A stretch of DNA of 64,000 nucleotides from Basidiobolus meristosporus CBS 931.73 (taxonomy: Eukaryota; Fungi; Basidiobolomycota). The notes beneath the pieces were generated by a model. The model did not search any database. It was not told where the DNA came from and worked only from the letters and a program-made list of their open reading frames with translations. How positions within the stretch are numbered: the stretch's first letter is position 1; every line of letters starts with the position of its first letter. Positions 1 through 11,637 of the stretch are shown here, piece after piece. The stretch is taken from positions 23,991 to 87,990 of the forward strand of contig MCFE01000355.1 in NCBI GenBank assembly GCA_002104905.1, written 5' to 3'. The position numbers and the translations under genes were made by a program.

Positions 1-139
1 TGAAATCTGGGGTACAGTTATTTTTTGACAGTCTTTGCACAGTGTCCTGAAGAGATCAATACCTCTCAGTCACATGACTAAGAGTTTGTGACTGCCTTTT
101 GATGGGATCATCACAATAACTTTTCATGGGGAGCTATTA

Positions 140-461
140 ACCATAGTTGCATTCTTATCAAGAACCTGCTGTTACACTTCACAGTAGTTTTGACTTTGGA
201 AGCATTAGTACATGGACATCTAAAGGGATGCTAAGCCCACCTCATACTTCTGTAAAGATGCCAACTAAGTTAGGGATTGTAGCTTAAGAGTCATCCCTTG
301 CTAAGCTTGCGGCTTTATACCCTTAGGATCCAAGTTGAGATAAAACTCAAATATTCTTAGCAAGCATTTGCCAGAGGTTATTGTGCTCAATGAACACCCT
401 ACAAACAAAACACTTGGGAATTGTTGGACCATGTACTAGCTTGAATATAGTCATCACCACA
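140..461 (+). repeat. 3' remnant of an LTR-A-related long terminal repeat
   Basis: Matches 7880-8209 and 46660-46986, including the structured module and the terminal ...CACCACA. The 5' part is missing. Confidence 0.75.
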
Positions 462-2827
462 GTGCAAACTAAGTCAAGTAAGTACATATCATATTTGTCC
501 CATCTTAGCCTTCTGAACTTGGCATGCAAAATGATAGGTCTGCAGAATTAGGCTTGCTGATGGATTGTGAACCTATCACCCCCAGAGCAGTACCAAGCAT
601 GAGATCAGCAAGAACACAATATGAGAGGTGACAACACCCATGGATGGAAATACAAGAATACTCTATGGGGCTAAAAGGGCCCAGAAGTGACAATGAATGC
701 CTTACCCTATGAAAAATTATTGTAATGATCCCATCAAAAGGCCATCACATAGTTAAGGTTCCATGACTAAGAGGTACCGGTCCCATCAGGACACCATCCA
801 GAGACTGTTGCAAAATAATTGCACCACAGACTTCACCAAAAGCTTAGTCAAAATTTTTCATCACAACAATATATTAGTGGCTGTTGATTGGTTGCCTGCC
901 AATTTGCTCACTTTCTGATCCCAGGCACTCTATCACCTCCTGTGTTAATGTGAATTGATTGGCAATTACCATGTATTCACACTCCTTACTCACTGACTCA
1001 ACCATTGCTCTTACTTTTATGTAAACCATATGATTAGTATCTGCTGAAACTTTGGTTGTACCTCAATTGCCAATTTTATTGATCTATGCAAGCTCCTATA
1101 CCCTACACTAACATTAATCCCAACCCCACATTCAACAAGTAACTCCCTTAAAGTTCACCACTGAATAATTATTGCTGCTGCAATGCTCTGGTTCCACAAC
1201 TTTGGTGGGAGCCCAACAGCTTTATGCCACTGACCATTCACTGGTTCCCACATGTCCCGGCCTTCAGCTGGCACTGCAAGTTCTAGTACCTCATCTGCCA
1301 GTCTTTGCAATAAATCCTTGCAATATTCAGTGCGTTTTTCTGAGCACTGCTCTCAAAGAAGTGCTGCAACCTCTTGGTGTGCCAATTAATGTTCCAAAAC
1401 TCCACTGAAGGCATTGTGATAGTCTTTCAAGTTCTTGATATAGAAGCCTTGTCTGTAAGTGGGATCTCCACTCTTTCAACAATGGAGTATGTGGAGGCAG
1501 TGGTAGACAACTTGCCTTTTTCTGCAAGCTCAACTACCTTGCTGGAGTGTAGCTCAAATAGCTGCACTTCCAACTCTTGCAAAAACAACTATTTTCTTGT
1601 TGTACTGCTTCTTAGATATGATGGGATTCAGTCTGTTCTGGGCTTGTGGCATTAATTGTTGAGAACTGCTGTTTTTCTTGCATGCCTTCCTGTCTCAGGC
1701 TTGGGTAGACATTTTTCCCTTTAATGCTTTCTTTATCACTGCCATGTTATTCACTTATAGTTTGTCTGCATGCTTCTTGTAATGAACTACATTTTCTGCT
1801 TGATAAATCATGCCTTGACACATTTGTTTTGACCTACTTGTCCCTTGCTGACACTCTCCTGGCAACCTGATGTTTTTTTTGTGCTTGTTTCAAGCTCCCA
1901 ACTGTAGTTGAGATGGGCTCCTATGAAAGCCGCTGGTTTTTATCACTGCCAGATCCTTCACTCTACTTTGACTGAGTGCTTCTTAAGTGGCACTATGCTT
2001 TTTCCTTGATAGCTGTTGTGCCAATGCATCTGTGTCTGTCTGCTTGTCCCTACTTGGCACTCTTTCAGCTACCTGACATCTATTAGACTTGTTCCATCAT
2101 ACCGTGCCAGGGTGTGCGGCGCAATCCATGGTTGCAAAGAACAATTGGGCGCAATATTATAGCTACCAGAAGGAAGGATCATTCTTGGACAATTTTGCAC
2201 TATGCGGGACGATCTTGCACTCTATGGCACAATCTGACACAATGAGGTTGGAACGGATGATCACGCCAACTCGTAATGTTTGCATCACGTGCACAATTGG
2301 ATACCGCTATTATGGCAGGTAAAATCCGGTATTTGGATATGTTTCTTTAATGCAAATGGAAATAAATGTGTATCACACTATAAACTACACTAATACTTAC
2401 CATTTTGGTTACCCTCACTCCAATTGGACGGTATCTCAGTGGTTAATTGGTCCAAAAGTATCCTGAAGCGGGCAGCCCCCAATTGGCTCATTGACTACCA
2501 AAAAAGCTACCGGATTTGCCATCAAATATCCCATTTTGCTTATTGAGCAAGTAAATCCCTGATCCTAGTGATTGGACAAGGTGTCATAGCCAGCACGCGA
2601 GCGATTGTGTAGGTGCAAAACAGATCCAATAGCTGCACTGGTATTACAGATGACGTATATATATGCAGGGTGTTTATTTTTAGGGGTTCTGTCTCAAATG
2701 TGAGACGACCTTGATATTACTTATATCAAAAATTTGATGATCACTGATTTGCGACGGCTTGATCCTGATTGCAAAAAAAAAGGGTTGTTGGGATCATTAC
2801 AAATGTGAGCAATTCAAAGCAATCGCA

Positions 2828-4072
2828 TCATCTTCTCCTGGGTTTTTTTCTCACAGGGATTACTACTGAAGCATTTGGTAGTGACTCACTTTGCACACCT
2901 ATACTACTTCCTGGCTGACTATCATCTTGGCTACTTGTGTATTTGTAGTCAGTATTTTGCCTCCTAGTTGATGAATGCAATGCTGCAGCTTGGCTGCGCT
3001 GAATTGCTCCGGCTGAACAAACTGAACCAGCCTGTGGTGCCACGTGCTGACGCGTTCTTTTACTTGCCAAGGGCTCCGGTGGTTGAGGCACTTCATGTGG
3101 TCATCATCAGTCAGTTCACCAGAAGTAACTTGCTGATGGTCAGGCAAAACAGCACGCGCAGGCGCGCCTTGACGTGTTGAGATGGCCCTTGGCTGAGTTT
3201 GATGTGATGCTGCAAGTTGACGCAACTTGGTCCGCTCCAATGGACTCGTGTCTAAATGAGCAGTTTGGCAAGTTCTCGTAGTTTTGCTCTGAAGCGCGCG
3301 TTGACCCGACGCGTGTTGACTTGAGGCGTGGCATTCCGGTAAAGGGTGTTGGCGTACTCTGGACTGACGTGCGCCGGCACGCTGTGGTTGCAAGAGATGG
3401 TAGGGAATCCAGCAAGGCGTGCTGGCGCAATCTGGATGATGTTGCTTGCGGTCTGTATTCTTCCTCCTGAAGCTCACCATCTGATTCCTCAAGGTATTCA
3501 CTTACCCTCTGTCTGATACTTTGGAGCTGTTGCCTGGATGAGTCCTGTGTATATTGCTCTTGGAAGCCACTTAGCTCTACTAATATGTCACGTAGTACAT
3601 TAGTCATTTGAGGCAAAAACTCATTCAAAATCTCTTTGGTTCCCAAAGTTGAGGCACCAACGGACGCGTCCGGCCCGTACTGTGCAAATTGCGCGCAAAA
3701 TTGCTCCTGCGTGGCTTCTTTGTCAAATCCCCTCACTCTCAGCTCATTCTTGATTTCAATACTTGTCTTGTTATATATCTTTTTACATACATCGGCTGGC
3801 ATCTTGATGTAGAACTCATGCCACAGCTTTCTACTCAAATTCTTCTATCTTTGTCAACTCTCTGAGGTATCTAGTTCTGCTAGATTAATCAGTAGTGCCC
3901 AAATATCTGTATGAAGGCTCATCATAGACACTTGGGCCATACTAAAATCATTTGGCAAGAACTCAAACAGATCCGACATTGACTTTTCTGGTCCGGACCG
4001 CGCTTGTGAGCTGGGGGATAGGTTTTGTCTGGGTTGTACAAAAGATGAGTTGAGGCTTGGTATGGGGACCAA
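2828..4072 (-). pseudogene. Accessory ORF2 of PHIS copy 1 (Myb/SANT/MADF-like N-terminus, low-complexity tail, C-terminal RKKPRRR), disrupted
   Basis: ORF-track pieces 3854-4072, 3140-3838, 2899-3501 and 2828-3091 join into a homolog of 40720-41982. Contains the DIW...QRWKNL motif typical of Myb/MADF helices, plus stops and frameshifts. Confidence 0.7.
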
Positions 4073-4431
4073 AGCAACGGATTTGGATACTTATACAGCA
4101 GTATATTGACATCAACCTGGTCTTATATGAAATATATATGAAAACTAATGTGATTGTTGAAATCTCCATATATTATGCATGATGCATCTTGGATTGCGTT
4201 GACACGCATCAGATCACATCAATCGCAGATTTCCTATTTGATTATAGACCTATGATTAAAGCATCAATAAAAGTATCAAGGCATTGTTTGCGGATGATTT
4301 TTGCGACATAATGATGGGATACGTGGCAATTGATGGAGATTTAACCATAATGTATTAAAAATCAGATAAATAAGGTGGATTGCGCCAAGTCAATTCAAAC
4401 CGCCTTTATACAATCATCCACCAATTTTAAT

Positions 4432-5316
4432 ATGACTTACTCATCTGAATGGTCTTTTCTCTTCAATCCCATTACTACCACTGGATTTCCTTTTGACACA
4501 CCAGAGGAGATCTATTCCAAGTACTGTGGACCATCAACCCCAATCTACTCAAGGAGATCCCTTGTCATGCTTCTCTGCTATTACAAGAGCTATTGCCCTA
4601 CAAGGTTTCATCCCACCATCCATGGCGACAAAAGTCCTAGAAGCTTTCATTCCCAGCTGACAGCAATGGAGAACCACCTTGCAGAGGGTATGAATGACTT
4701 AGAGCAAGCTTGGAATACTAGGTTCAGAAGCTCCAATAGACTTCCATATTCCAGAGTGTTCAGCAACAGGTTCCATATCAGGAGTATTTTGGATACCTTC
4801 CCAGTGAGGATTAACAGACCTTCTAGAGGGCAGAGACACTTTTATTCTGGCAAGTACAAGGCACACTGTGTGAAGTTTCAAGCACTGTCTGATATTGAGG
4901 GTAACATCATCTGGTTTAGTGGGCCATTTGCTGGAAGTAGGCATGACAAAGCACTCTGGGTAGAGAATCATCCTGAATTCAGTAGAGGGGAGAAATGTGT
5001 GGCAGACTTAGCTTATATAGGAGAGGATTGTCAGAGATTAGGATGTATTACAGCTTATAGGAAGCCAAGGAATGGTGTACTTAGCAGGAAGCAGAAGCTC
5101 TACAATGAGATATTTAATCATTTCAGAGTAAGGGTAGAGCACACATTTGGATATCTGAAGAGATTCAGCATATTGGCAGGTAAATACAGAGGAAAGTCAT
5201 ATATAGGAGAAAACAGCAGAATAGGTAAAATAGTTAAGATACTTATTAATGCACAGTATGTTCATACAAGAAGACATCCACTGAGAGAAATGTGTTTGGA
5301 GCATTATGAAGAGTAA
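4432..5316 (+). CDS. DDE_Tnp_4 (PIF/Harbinger/IS5-like) transposase, 294 aa, intact
   Basis: Motifs ILDTFPVRINRP, FYSGKYKAH, GSRHD, VADLAYIG and RVEHTFGYLKRF. The ATG at 4432 gives the same length as the copy at 39476-40360. Confidence 0.92.
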   Translation: MTYSSEWSFLFNPITTTGFPFDTPEEIYSKYCGPSTPIYSRRSLVMLLCYYKSYCPTRFHPTIHGDKSPRSFHSQLTAMENHLAEGMNDLEQAWNTRFRSSNRLPYSRVFSNRFHIRSILDTFPVRINRPSRGQRHFYSGKYKAHCVKFQALSDIEGNIIWFSGPFAGSRHDKALWVENHPEFSRGEKCVADLAYIGEDCQRLGCITAYRKPRNGVLSRKQKLYNEIFNHFRVRVEHTFGYLKRFSILAGKYRGKSYIGENSRIGKIVKILINAQYVHTRRHPLREMCLEHYEE

Positions 5317-5928
5317 ATAAAGCAAGGAAAGCACTATTCTGAGTAACATAAGTAAGATTGAGTAAAATTACCAGTAACTGTATCATACCACTGGCATCAT
5401 GGTAGAAATTATAGTGCCAGATAGTGCCATAGGGTGCCAGATTGATCCAGCACTATAAACAGGCTGGCACTATGTGGCACTATCCAATGGAACAAGTCTA
5501 TTTAACACTTGTCTGGAGCTTTTGGCCCCGCTTTTAACAGGCTCTTAAGGAAGCCACTGGTTTTTAGCCATGGCACCCTTGTTCTTCTGCCGTTAATAGC
5601 TTCTCCTATTCTTAAGAAACTTTGTCAGCATACCAATGCTGGCCCAAGTTCTGTTTTCCTGTTTGAGTCCAGGATAATGCTCATTGAACAAGTCATGTGC
5701 ATACCGCTTTGCCTTGAGTTTTTGCTGTGTTTGCTACATTCTCATCTGCCTGAGCATAACAGTCTGCTTCCGGCTATGCAGAGGTTCTACATTGCCTACT
5801 TAACTGAGAGCCTGAGGAGTGTGTATTATTACCTTCAGTAGGTGCACTGTTAACATGGTCTTTTTTGGATGTAGCCCCACTTGTTGACCTGAATGTTGAA
5901 GCCAGCTGTTTTCCAACTGTTCTTCCGC

Positions 5929-6732
5929 TGTGGTGGTGTAGAGGTACTCCTGGGAGAAGCTACACAACTCAAGGTGTGTGAGGTGTCTGATGGGTGCAAT
6001 AACCTCTGTGTCTAAACTGCTGGTGTCTTTGTCAATATGTCACTATGGTAAAAGCTCCTGCTTCTCTAGCTTCCTAGGTGCTCCAAGTGTCTCCAAAGGC
6101 CTCTGTGTGTCTTGTGCACTACCCTGAAAAGCTCCTTGATGGCAGGTCTGAGATGTACTGTTGAAGGCAGGTGCAGTGATCAACTGCTAATCAATAAGGT
6201 AGAAGTGTTACTGATAGAAGGGATGATTTATTGATGAGGGATTGCTTTCCCTTAAATACTTTTCCTGATTGCCAAGTGATTACTAATGACAAGGTTCTAG
6301 AAGATTCTAGGTATCAGTGGAATTCTTGATGACATCACTACGAGCTAAAAATATGCCAAGAATGTCCTGGAAGGTTCTAAAAGGCACAGCACTCTCAACC
6401 AATCAGGAATCAATAGTCTGAAACCTGTGCAACATAGAAATACCATATATGGTATTGAAATGATAGAGATGGTAACACAGACCTAGGTCATGTGTCACGG
6501 GTACTGACGCGGGTACTTGCCTTATATAGATACATCTACTGATCACAAAGCTGAATAACATCTGGGATAACTAATGCTAATAACTAATCAGGGTAAACAT
6601 CATATGGGGATAATACTGATAATATGGGCAAAAGAAGAATGGGATAATACTGATAAGATAAAATATGGATAAGTATATCATAATGACTATATGAATAAAC
6701 TTGTCTGTGGGAGGTATGTTTACCCTACCACA
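5929..6732 (-). repeat. Solo LTR, family B (804 bp)
   Basis: TG...CA termini (TGTGGTAGGG...CACCACCACA on minus) and a 4-bp TSD CCGC (5925-5928 / 6733-6736). Similar to LTR-A. Confidence 0.85.
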
Positions 6733-7140
6733 CCGCTGCCATCAGCAGTGGTGGTTGGTTAGGAACCAGACAACTTTGCTTTATTTTTTGGCGGCATATA
6801 TACGGAAGTGAGTCAAACTAAAGGGGAAATAGTGCTTCATATATGTGTAGATGTGGTGCCACAGCTTTATTTATGTTGTTTACTATGGCAGGACATCATT
6901 CAATCTTACATTCATGTAGGTGCAATGTCTCAAATACAATACTGTTTTAAGTTTACATGAGTATTGACAAACAGTGATATAAAAGCATTATGTTGTTCAA
7001 GGTCAAACTTTTTGCCACATTGACAAGACTACTTAGATATGATGCTGTAAGAGAAGAGAAAAAAGACCATGTGGCTATTGTAGCAAGCCTCTCAACCATG
7101 AAGCACACAGACAGCATAGGAAGTATTTCAAGGATCATGG

Positions 7141-8209
7141 TGTAGTGGGGTCATAGTGACACCCACTGACAGATGTCCTCATTCCCATATTTTCTACTTC
7201 CCTATATCTCTACTGCACTTATTGTAGTTTTACCCATTTGTCTCACCTGATCAGTACTATCCCATAAGCAAGTTAACTATTGCACCTGCTTACCTTATTG
7301 CACAAGTTATCCCTCACTTTATGTAAGATTACTGGTGATAAGTGCTTCTATATTTGAAAGTACCTGCGCCAGTACCTGTGACACATGATCAAACTGTGTC
7401 ACCATCCCTACCATTTCCATACCATATATGGTATCCCTATGCTACACAGGCTTCAGAGTACTAATTCCTGATTGATTGGATGTGCTGTGCCTCTTAGAAC
7501 CTTCCAGCACCTACTTAGAATACTCTTAGCCCATTCTGGTGTCATTAAGATTTCTATTTATCTTGGGAACCTTCTGGAACACCATGATTGGTAATCACCT
7601 TGTCAGTGAGAAAAGTATATAAGGGAGGCAATCCCTCAACAATAAATCATCATCCCTTTTATCAACATATCAACTAGTTGATTAGTGTGATCACTGCTAC
7701 CTGCGGCTACCTAAACTTCCAACCCCAGACCACAGGACACTCCCAGGAAACCATGCTGACAGCCAACTGACCTTGGAGGCACTACCTGTGAGGATTACTC
7801 AGAGTAGTTATCTTTTACTATATTTGATTCTTTGCCAAGTTTGTTCTTTTACAGGCAAAGATACTTTTCTGTCTTTGTAACTGTTGACCACAGCTGCACT
7901 CTTATCAAGTCCCTGCTGGTGGGGTTTACAGTTGTTTTGACTTTGGAAACTTTAGTACATTGTCATCTCAAAGGATGCTGAACCCAGCACATACTTTTAT
8001 TAAGACACAAACTAAGTTGGGGATTGTAGCTCCATAGTTTGCCCTTGACAAGCTTGCGGCTTTATTCCCCATCACATTAGATTAGAGACAGAGCCCAAGT
8101 ATTCCTAGCAAGCTTTTGCCAGAGATTATTACACCCAGTGAACACCCCACGCACAAAACACTTGAGAAGTGTTGGACATATCTCTCCCTTAGACCTATAC
8201 ACCACCACA
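7141..8209 (+). repeat. Solo LTR, family A (1069 bp)
   Basis: Termini TGTAGTGGGG...CACCACCACA, TSD ATGG/ATGG, TATATAA at 7616 and AATAAA at 7641. Near-identical layout at 45917-46986. Confidence 0.88.
7854..8063 (+). ncRNA. Candidate structured RNA module (copy A1) in the U5 part of LTR-A
   Basis: Same helices as 46631-46840 and 51313-51524; see findings. Confidence 0.55.
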
Positions 8210-8213
8210 ATGG

Positions 8214-11200
8214 CCCATATTTTGCCACACAAGTCATATTTGACCATTCACCAGTCAATACTGTGCCAACATTATCTTGCCAGCCAGTTGATACTTCTAT
8301 ATTGGCACCTGGCCATCTTTGTCACCTTGTGCAAACTGAGTCAGGAGAGTTTGTGACACCTTTAGGCCCACCTCAGCATTCAGAATATGGCACACAGAGT
8401 GATAGCTCTGACAAAGAAGGTTCACTGATGAATTGTGTGCCTATCTCACCTGATAACACTACCACATATGAGCCCAGTCAAATCTCAATATCCAAACAGA
8501 GAACACCCAATAAAGCAAATGCCAATGATACTTTATGGAGCCAAGTGAGCCCTGTAATCCATCTATTGGTGAATGATGTAATGTTGTGGCTAGAGAAGTA
8601 GGACATTTCCACCAATATCAGTAATGGGGGCTTTGAGGATTCATTACTACTTCTTGCCAAAATCATTCCAGGATGCAACTTACCATGTACATGGTACAAA
8701 TGAACAGCTGGTAATGGACACATGGTACAAGTAGACAACCATCATGTGGCTGGCAACATAATGCAAGGACTACTTTAAAGGTATGTATGACCATACTGTT
8801 GCTTTAGCACTTAATGCATTCTCATTAAGCAAGTACTCTACCAGCAAATCCTGCTGGCCACTGATTCTCATCAATCTGAATCTGCTGCCCATTGTACAGT
8901 ATCAGAGCAATAATCTGAAGGTATTCTCACTGGTATCTGGGCATAAATCACCATCCAACTAGGATAGCTACCTGTATCCATTGCTGGATGAAATTTTTAT
9001 GCTTTACAGCGGGATAGCAATATTTGGCAGCCATGTAAAAGCGCATATTAGTATCTGCATTAGAGATAACCCAGCCATCAGCAAGATAGCAGGCTTTCCC
9101 AGGCACAATGGATGGTATTGCTGCTGAATGTGTGAGATCCAGGGTATTTACTCCATAATTCACACAGATTATTATCACCCAAACACCAGCACTAAGAATG
9201 TCATCTTCTCACAGAGAGAACATACAGAAGTCAGCATGCAATTGCAGCAAAGTTGGCAAGCTATATGCCATGGGCCAAAATATGGGATCAATTGGAAGCC
9301 AGAGATACTTAAGATAGAGGGTATCTGTTGGAGCAAAAGCTTTCCACTGGGAGCAAAGCATTTGCTTTTCAATAATATCCCTATACTGATGAGCAAGTTG
9401 TATATTTGACATTTCAAACTAAATGAGCCCTTCAAGATACTGGAGAAGTTTCGGAGAATTGGCAAAATATTATAGAGTATCTGCTACCTTAAGTACTTCT
9501 TACAGGCTCCAATCAATATTCATATGCACATGCAACAATATAAACACAAAGTCTGGATGAACTGGAAATGTATTTATTCAAGTGGCACTCTGAAGCCATT
9601 CCTACCAAGAGTACATTGGAAGCATTGGGAGTCATATGTGAGCATAGTAGGAATATTTATCCAGAAGCAGATCACCAATGTCAACATGACACCTCTACAG
9701 TTGTTGTGCAAGGAGTTGGTGAAAGGATTTGAGCAGCTATACTACAAACATAAAGCTGAATGTGTATATCTCTGCTGCTACTGCATCCATTCTCTACTCC
9801 ATCTTTCACTGTGTGTGGAGAATATTAGACTTTGCCTCACCTTTTATGAGTTTCCTATGGAGCCAATATATGGGGAGATAGGAAGACAATTGAAATTGCA
9901 GGTAATACCATATCCCAATCTCATCAGGAATAATACCTTCAAGTCTGTCATGGATGTGATGAGTTGGCACATGGAGGACAGCCAGGAAGAGTTGGAAAAT
10001 ACTGAGGATGAATGTGCACACGGAGACACCTATGCTTATGATATTTAGAAGCTAAGCAGCCCCAATGTGTGGGTAATCAGTTAAGTAATGCAAAGTTGGG
10101 TTGGGTGCAACTAGCAACTAACTTTTATTGGGAAAACTTTACCAAGATATGCCAGATTTCTCTTGGTCACAAGCTAACTTCTACACCATTCAATAGAATT
10201 GTTCTGTTGGATAGTGCCACATTGAGCCATGAGTGCCAAATGATACCATGGTGTGCCAGAGAGGCTAAGTGAGCCTATTCTTGGCCACAGAGTGTGAAAC
10301 ATGGATCTGCATCTTCATGCAAAGCAGCCCCTGTGTTTCACCTATGATGCAGGAGAAAATCCATTTTTTGACGTTTTTTTGTGGATCAATGTTATGCAGG
10401 ATGTGTAAGAGCACGGAAGAACTGAAGACACGCATCAGTTACTCAATACCCATGGCACTCTGAATCTAGCTCCTGTGGCTTGTAACATGTCGCAACAATG
10501 CATGGCACTATCTTGGTCCACTGGTACTATCTGGCACTCTAAGTGCTTTGTATAGATCTTACTTTAGGGCTAATAATTAAATATAGTGCCAGATAGTACC
10601 AGTGGACCAAGATAGTGCCATGCATTGTTGTAACATGTTACAAGCCACAGGAGCTAGATTCAGAGTGCCATGGGTATTGAGTACCATATGCATATTTTCA
10701 ATCCTTTTGTGCTCTTACACATCCTGCACAACATTGTCCTAAAAAAAAAGGTCAAAAATGGATTTTCTCCAACACAATTGGTGAAACACAGGGGTTGCTT
10801 TGCATGAAGATGCATATCTATATTTCACACTCTGTGGCCAAGTATAGGCTCACTTAGCCTCCCTGGCACACTATGACATCCTTTGGCACTTATGGCTCAA
10901 TGTGGCACTATTCAACGGAACAAGTCTAATACAGAATTCACACAAACAAGGGCCAGAGTGCACCCATAAGAGGGACTAGAATCCAGCAGGAAGAAGGAAC
11001 ATATTGGCTGAGCACCAAGAAGATCTTTGCAGATCTTTAGGAGTTATTCATAGCAGTGTGACAACAGCCAAGTATATGTTTGCAAGATGTATATACTATC
11101 AGCTGTACAATGTATATGGTAACTTTGCAAGTATTACACTAAAAAGCCATAAAGTTGAGGTGACAGGAGTATGTCAATTGCAGCAAGTGTGCATGTTTGT

Positions 11201-11600
11201 AGAGGTTAGTAAGCCAGAGGCCATACTTTTTTTTGATTCTAAATATATGTGAAACTATCAAGGTAGTAATGTTTAAGCAAATAAAGAGGGGCAATTCTAC
11301 AGTGAACATATGAATTGCACAAGGGGAGGTAGATAAAGGAAATACCTTTTGGTAAATTGGTATTGTAACATTATACTGAACTAGCTGAAGGCCACCATAC
11401 TGGCAATATAATGCCATCAGAATCTTGCTATGAGACTGTTGACATACCATCAAGATTTTTGCTATATAAGGCAATTTGATGTCCTGGCCAGCTAGATCCA
11501 TTCAGAACAGATGTAGAGCACAATAAGTCCATCAAACTGCCATGCAATTATTGCCATAGCACCAAATGAATCTTGCCTAGTTTTTAACTTTTTAGCAAAG
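8214..11600 (+). pseudogene. Tnp2/Transposase_21 (CACTA/EnSpm-like) transposase remnant, interrupted by a MITE
   Basis: Fragments resembling GD.PAISK.AGF.GHNG..C and IHSLLHL...FPME...G.IGRQ.K....PYPNL, typical of fungal Tnp2-family transposases. Many stops. Confidence 0.7.
10195..10927. mobile_element. Foldback MITE (733 bp) with PHIS-type termini
   Basis: Termini AGAATTGTTCTGTTG...CAACGGAACAAGTCT, TSD AAT/AAT, and ~340-bp inverted arms. Confidence 0.85.
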
Positions 11601-11637
11601 CACTGACATGATCCTGTCTTAAGACACCTGCGGGACT

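Larger units (their letters stand above)
2085..5499 (+). mobile_element. PHIS-superfamily (PIF/Harbinger-like, Pangu-type) DNA transposon, copy 1, 3415 bp
   Basis: TIRs AGACTTGTTCCAT...ATGGAACAAGTCT and a 3-bp TSD ATT (2082-2084 / 5500-5502). Contains a divergent transposase and second ORF, and subterminal GTGCCA/TGGCAC repeats. Confidence 0.9.
1250..7136 (-). pseudogene. Decayed accessory ORF of a Tnp2/CACTA-like element, split by later insertions (2085-5499, 5929-6732)
   Basis: Segments 1250-2084 and 5503-5924 are collinear with 35770-36900; 1250-2084 also recurs at 45290-45910 and 58260-58560. The minus strand gives K/E/R-rich frames with many stops. Protein identity not recognised. Confidence 0.45.

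Noticed and set aside
4375-4431. GTG start giving a 313-aa transposase
   Set aside because: Copy 2 has GCG at this position; the shared ATG is at 4432.
2085-5499. Fanzor/TnpB or other nuclease cargo in the DNA transposons
   Set aside because: No RuvC or zinc-finger motifs in ORF2 or any other frame examined.
6486-7390. Apparent TIR element bounded by TGTGTCACRGGTACTG.CGC.GGTACT inverted repeats
   Set aside because: These are the same U3 motif in two oppositely oriented solo LTRs (B and A), each with its own TSD.
10195-10927. Repeated GTGCCA/TGGCAC units as a CRISPR-like or tandem array
   Set aside because: Short, irregularly spaced subterminal motifs within inverted MITE arms; no repeat-spacer structure.
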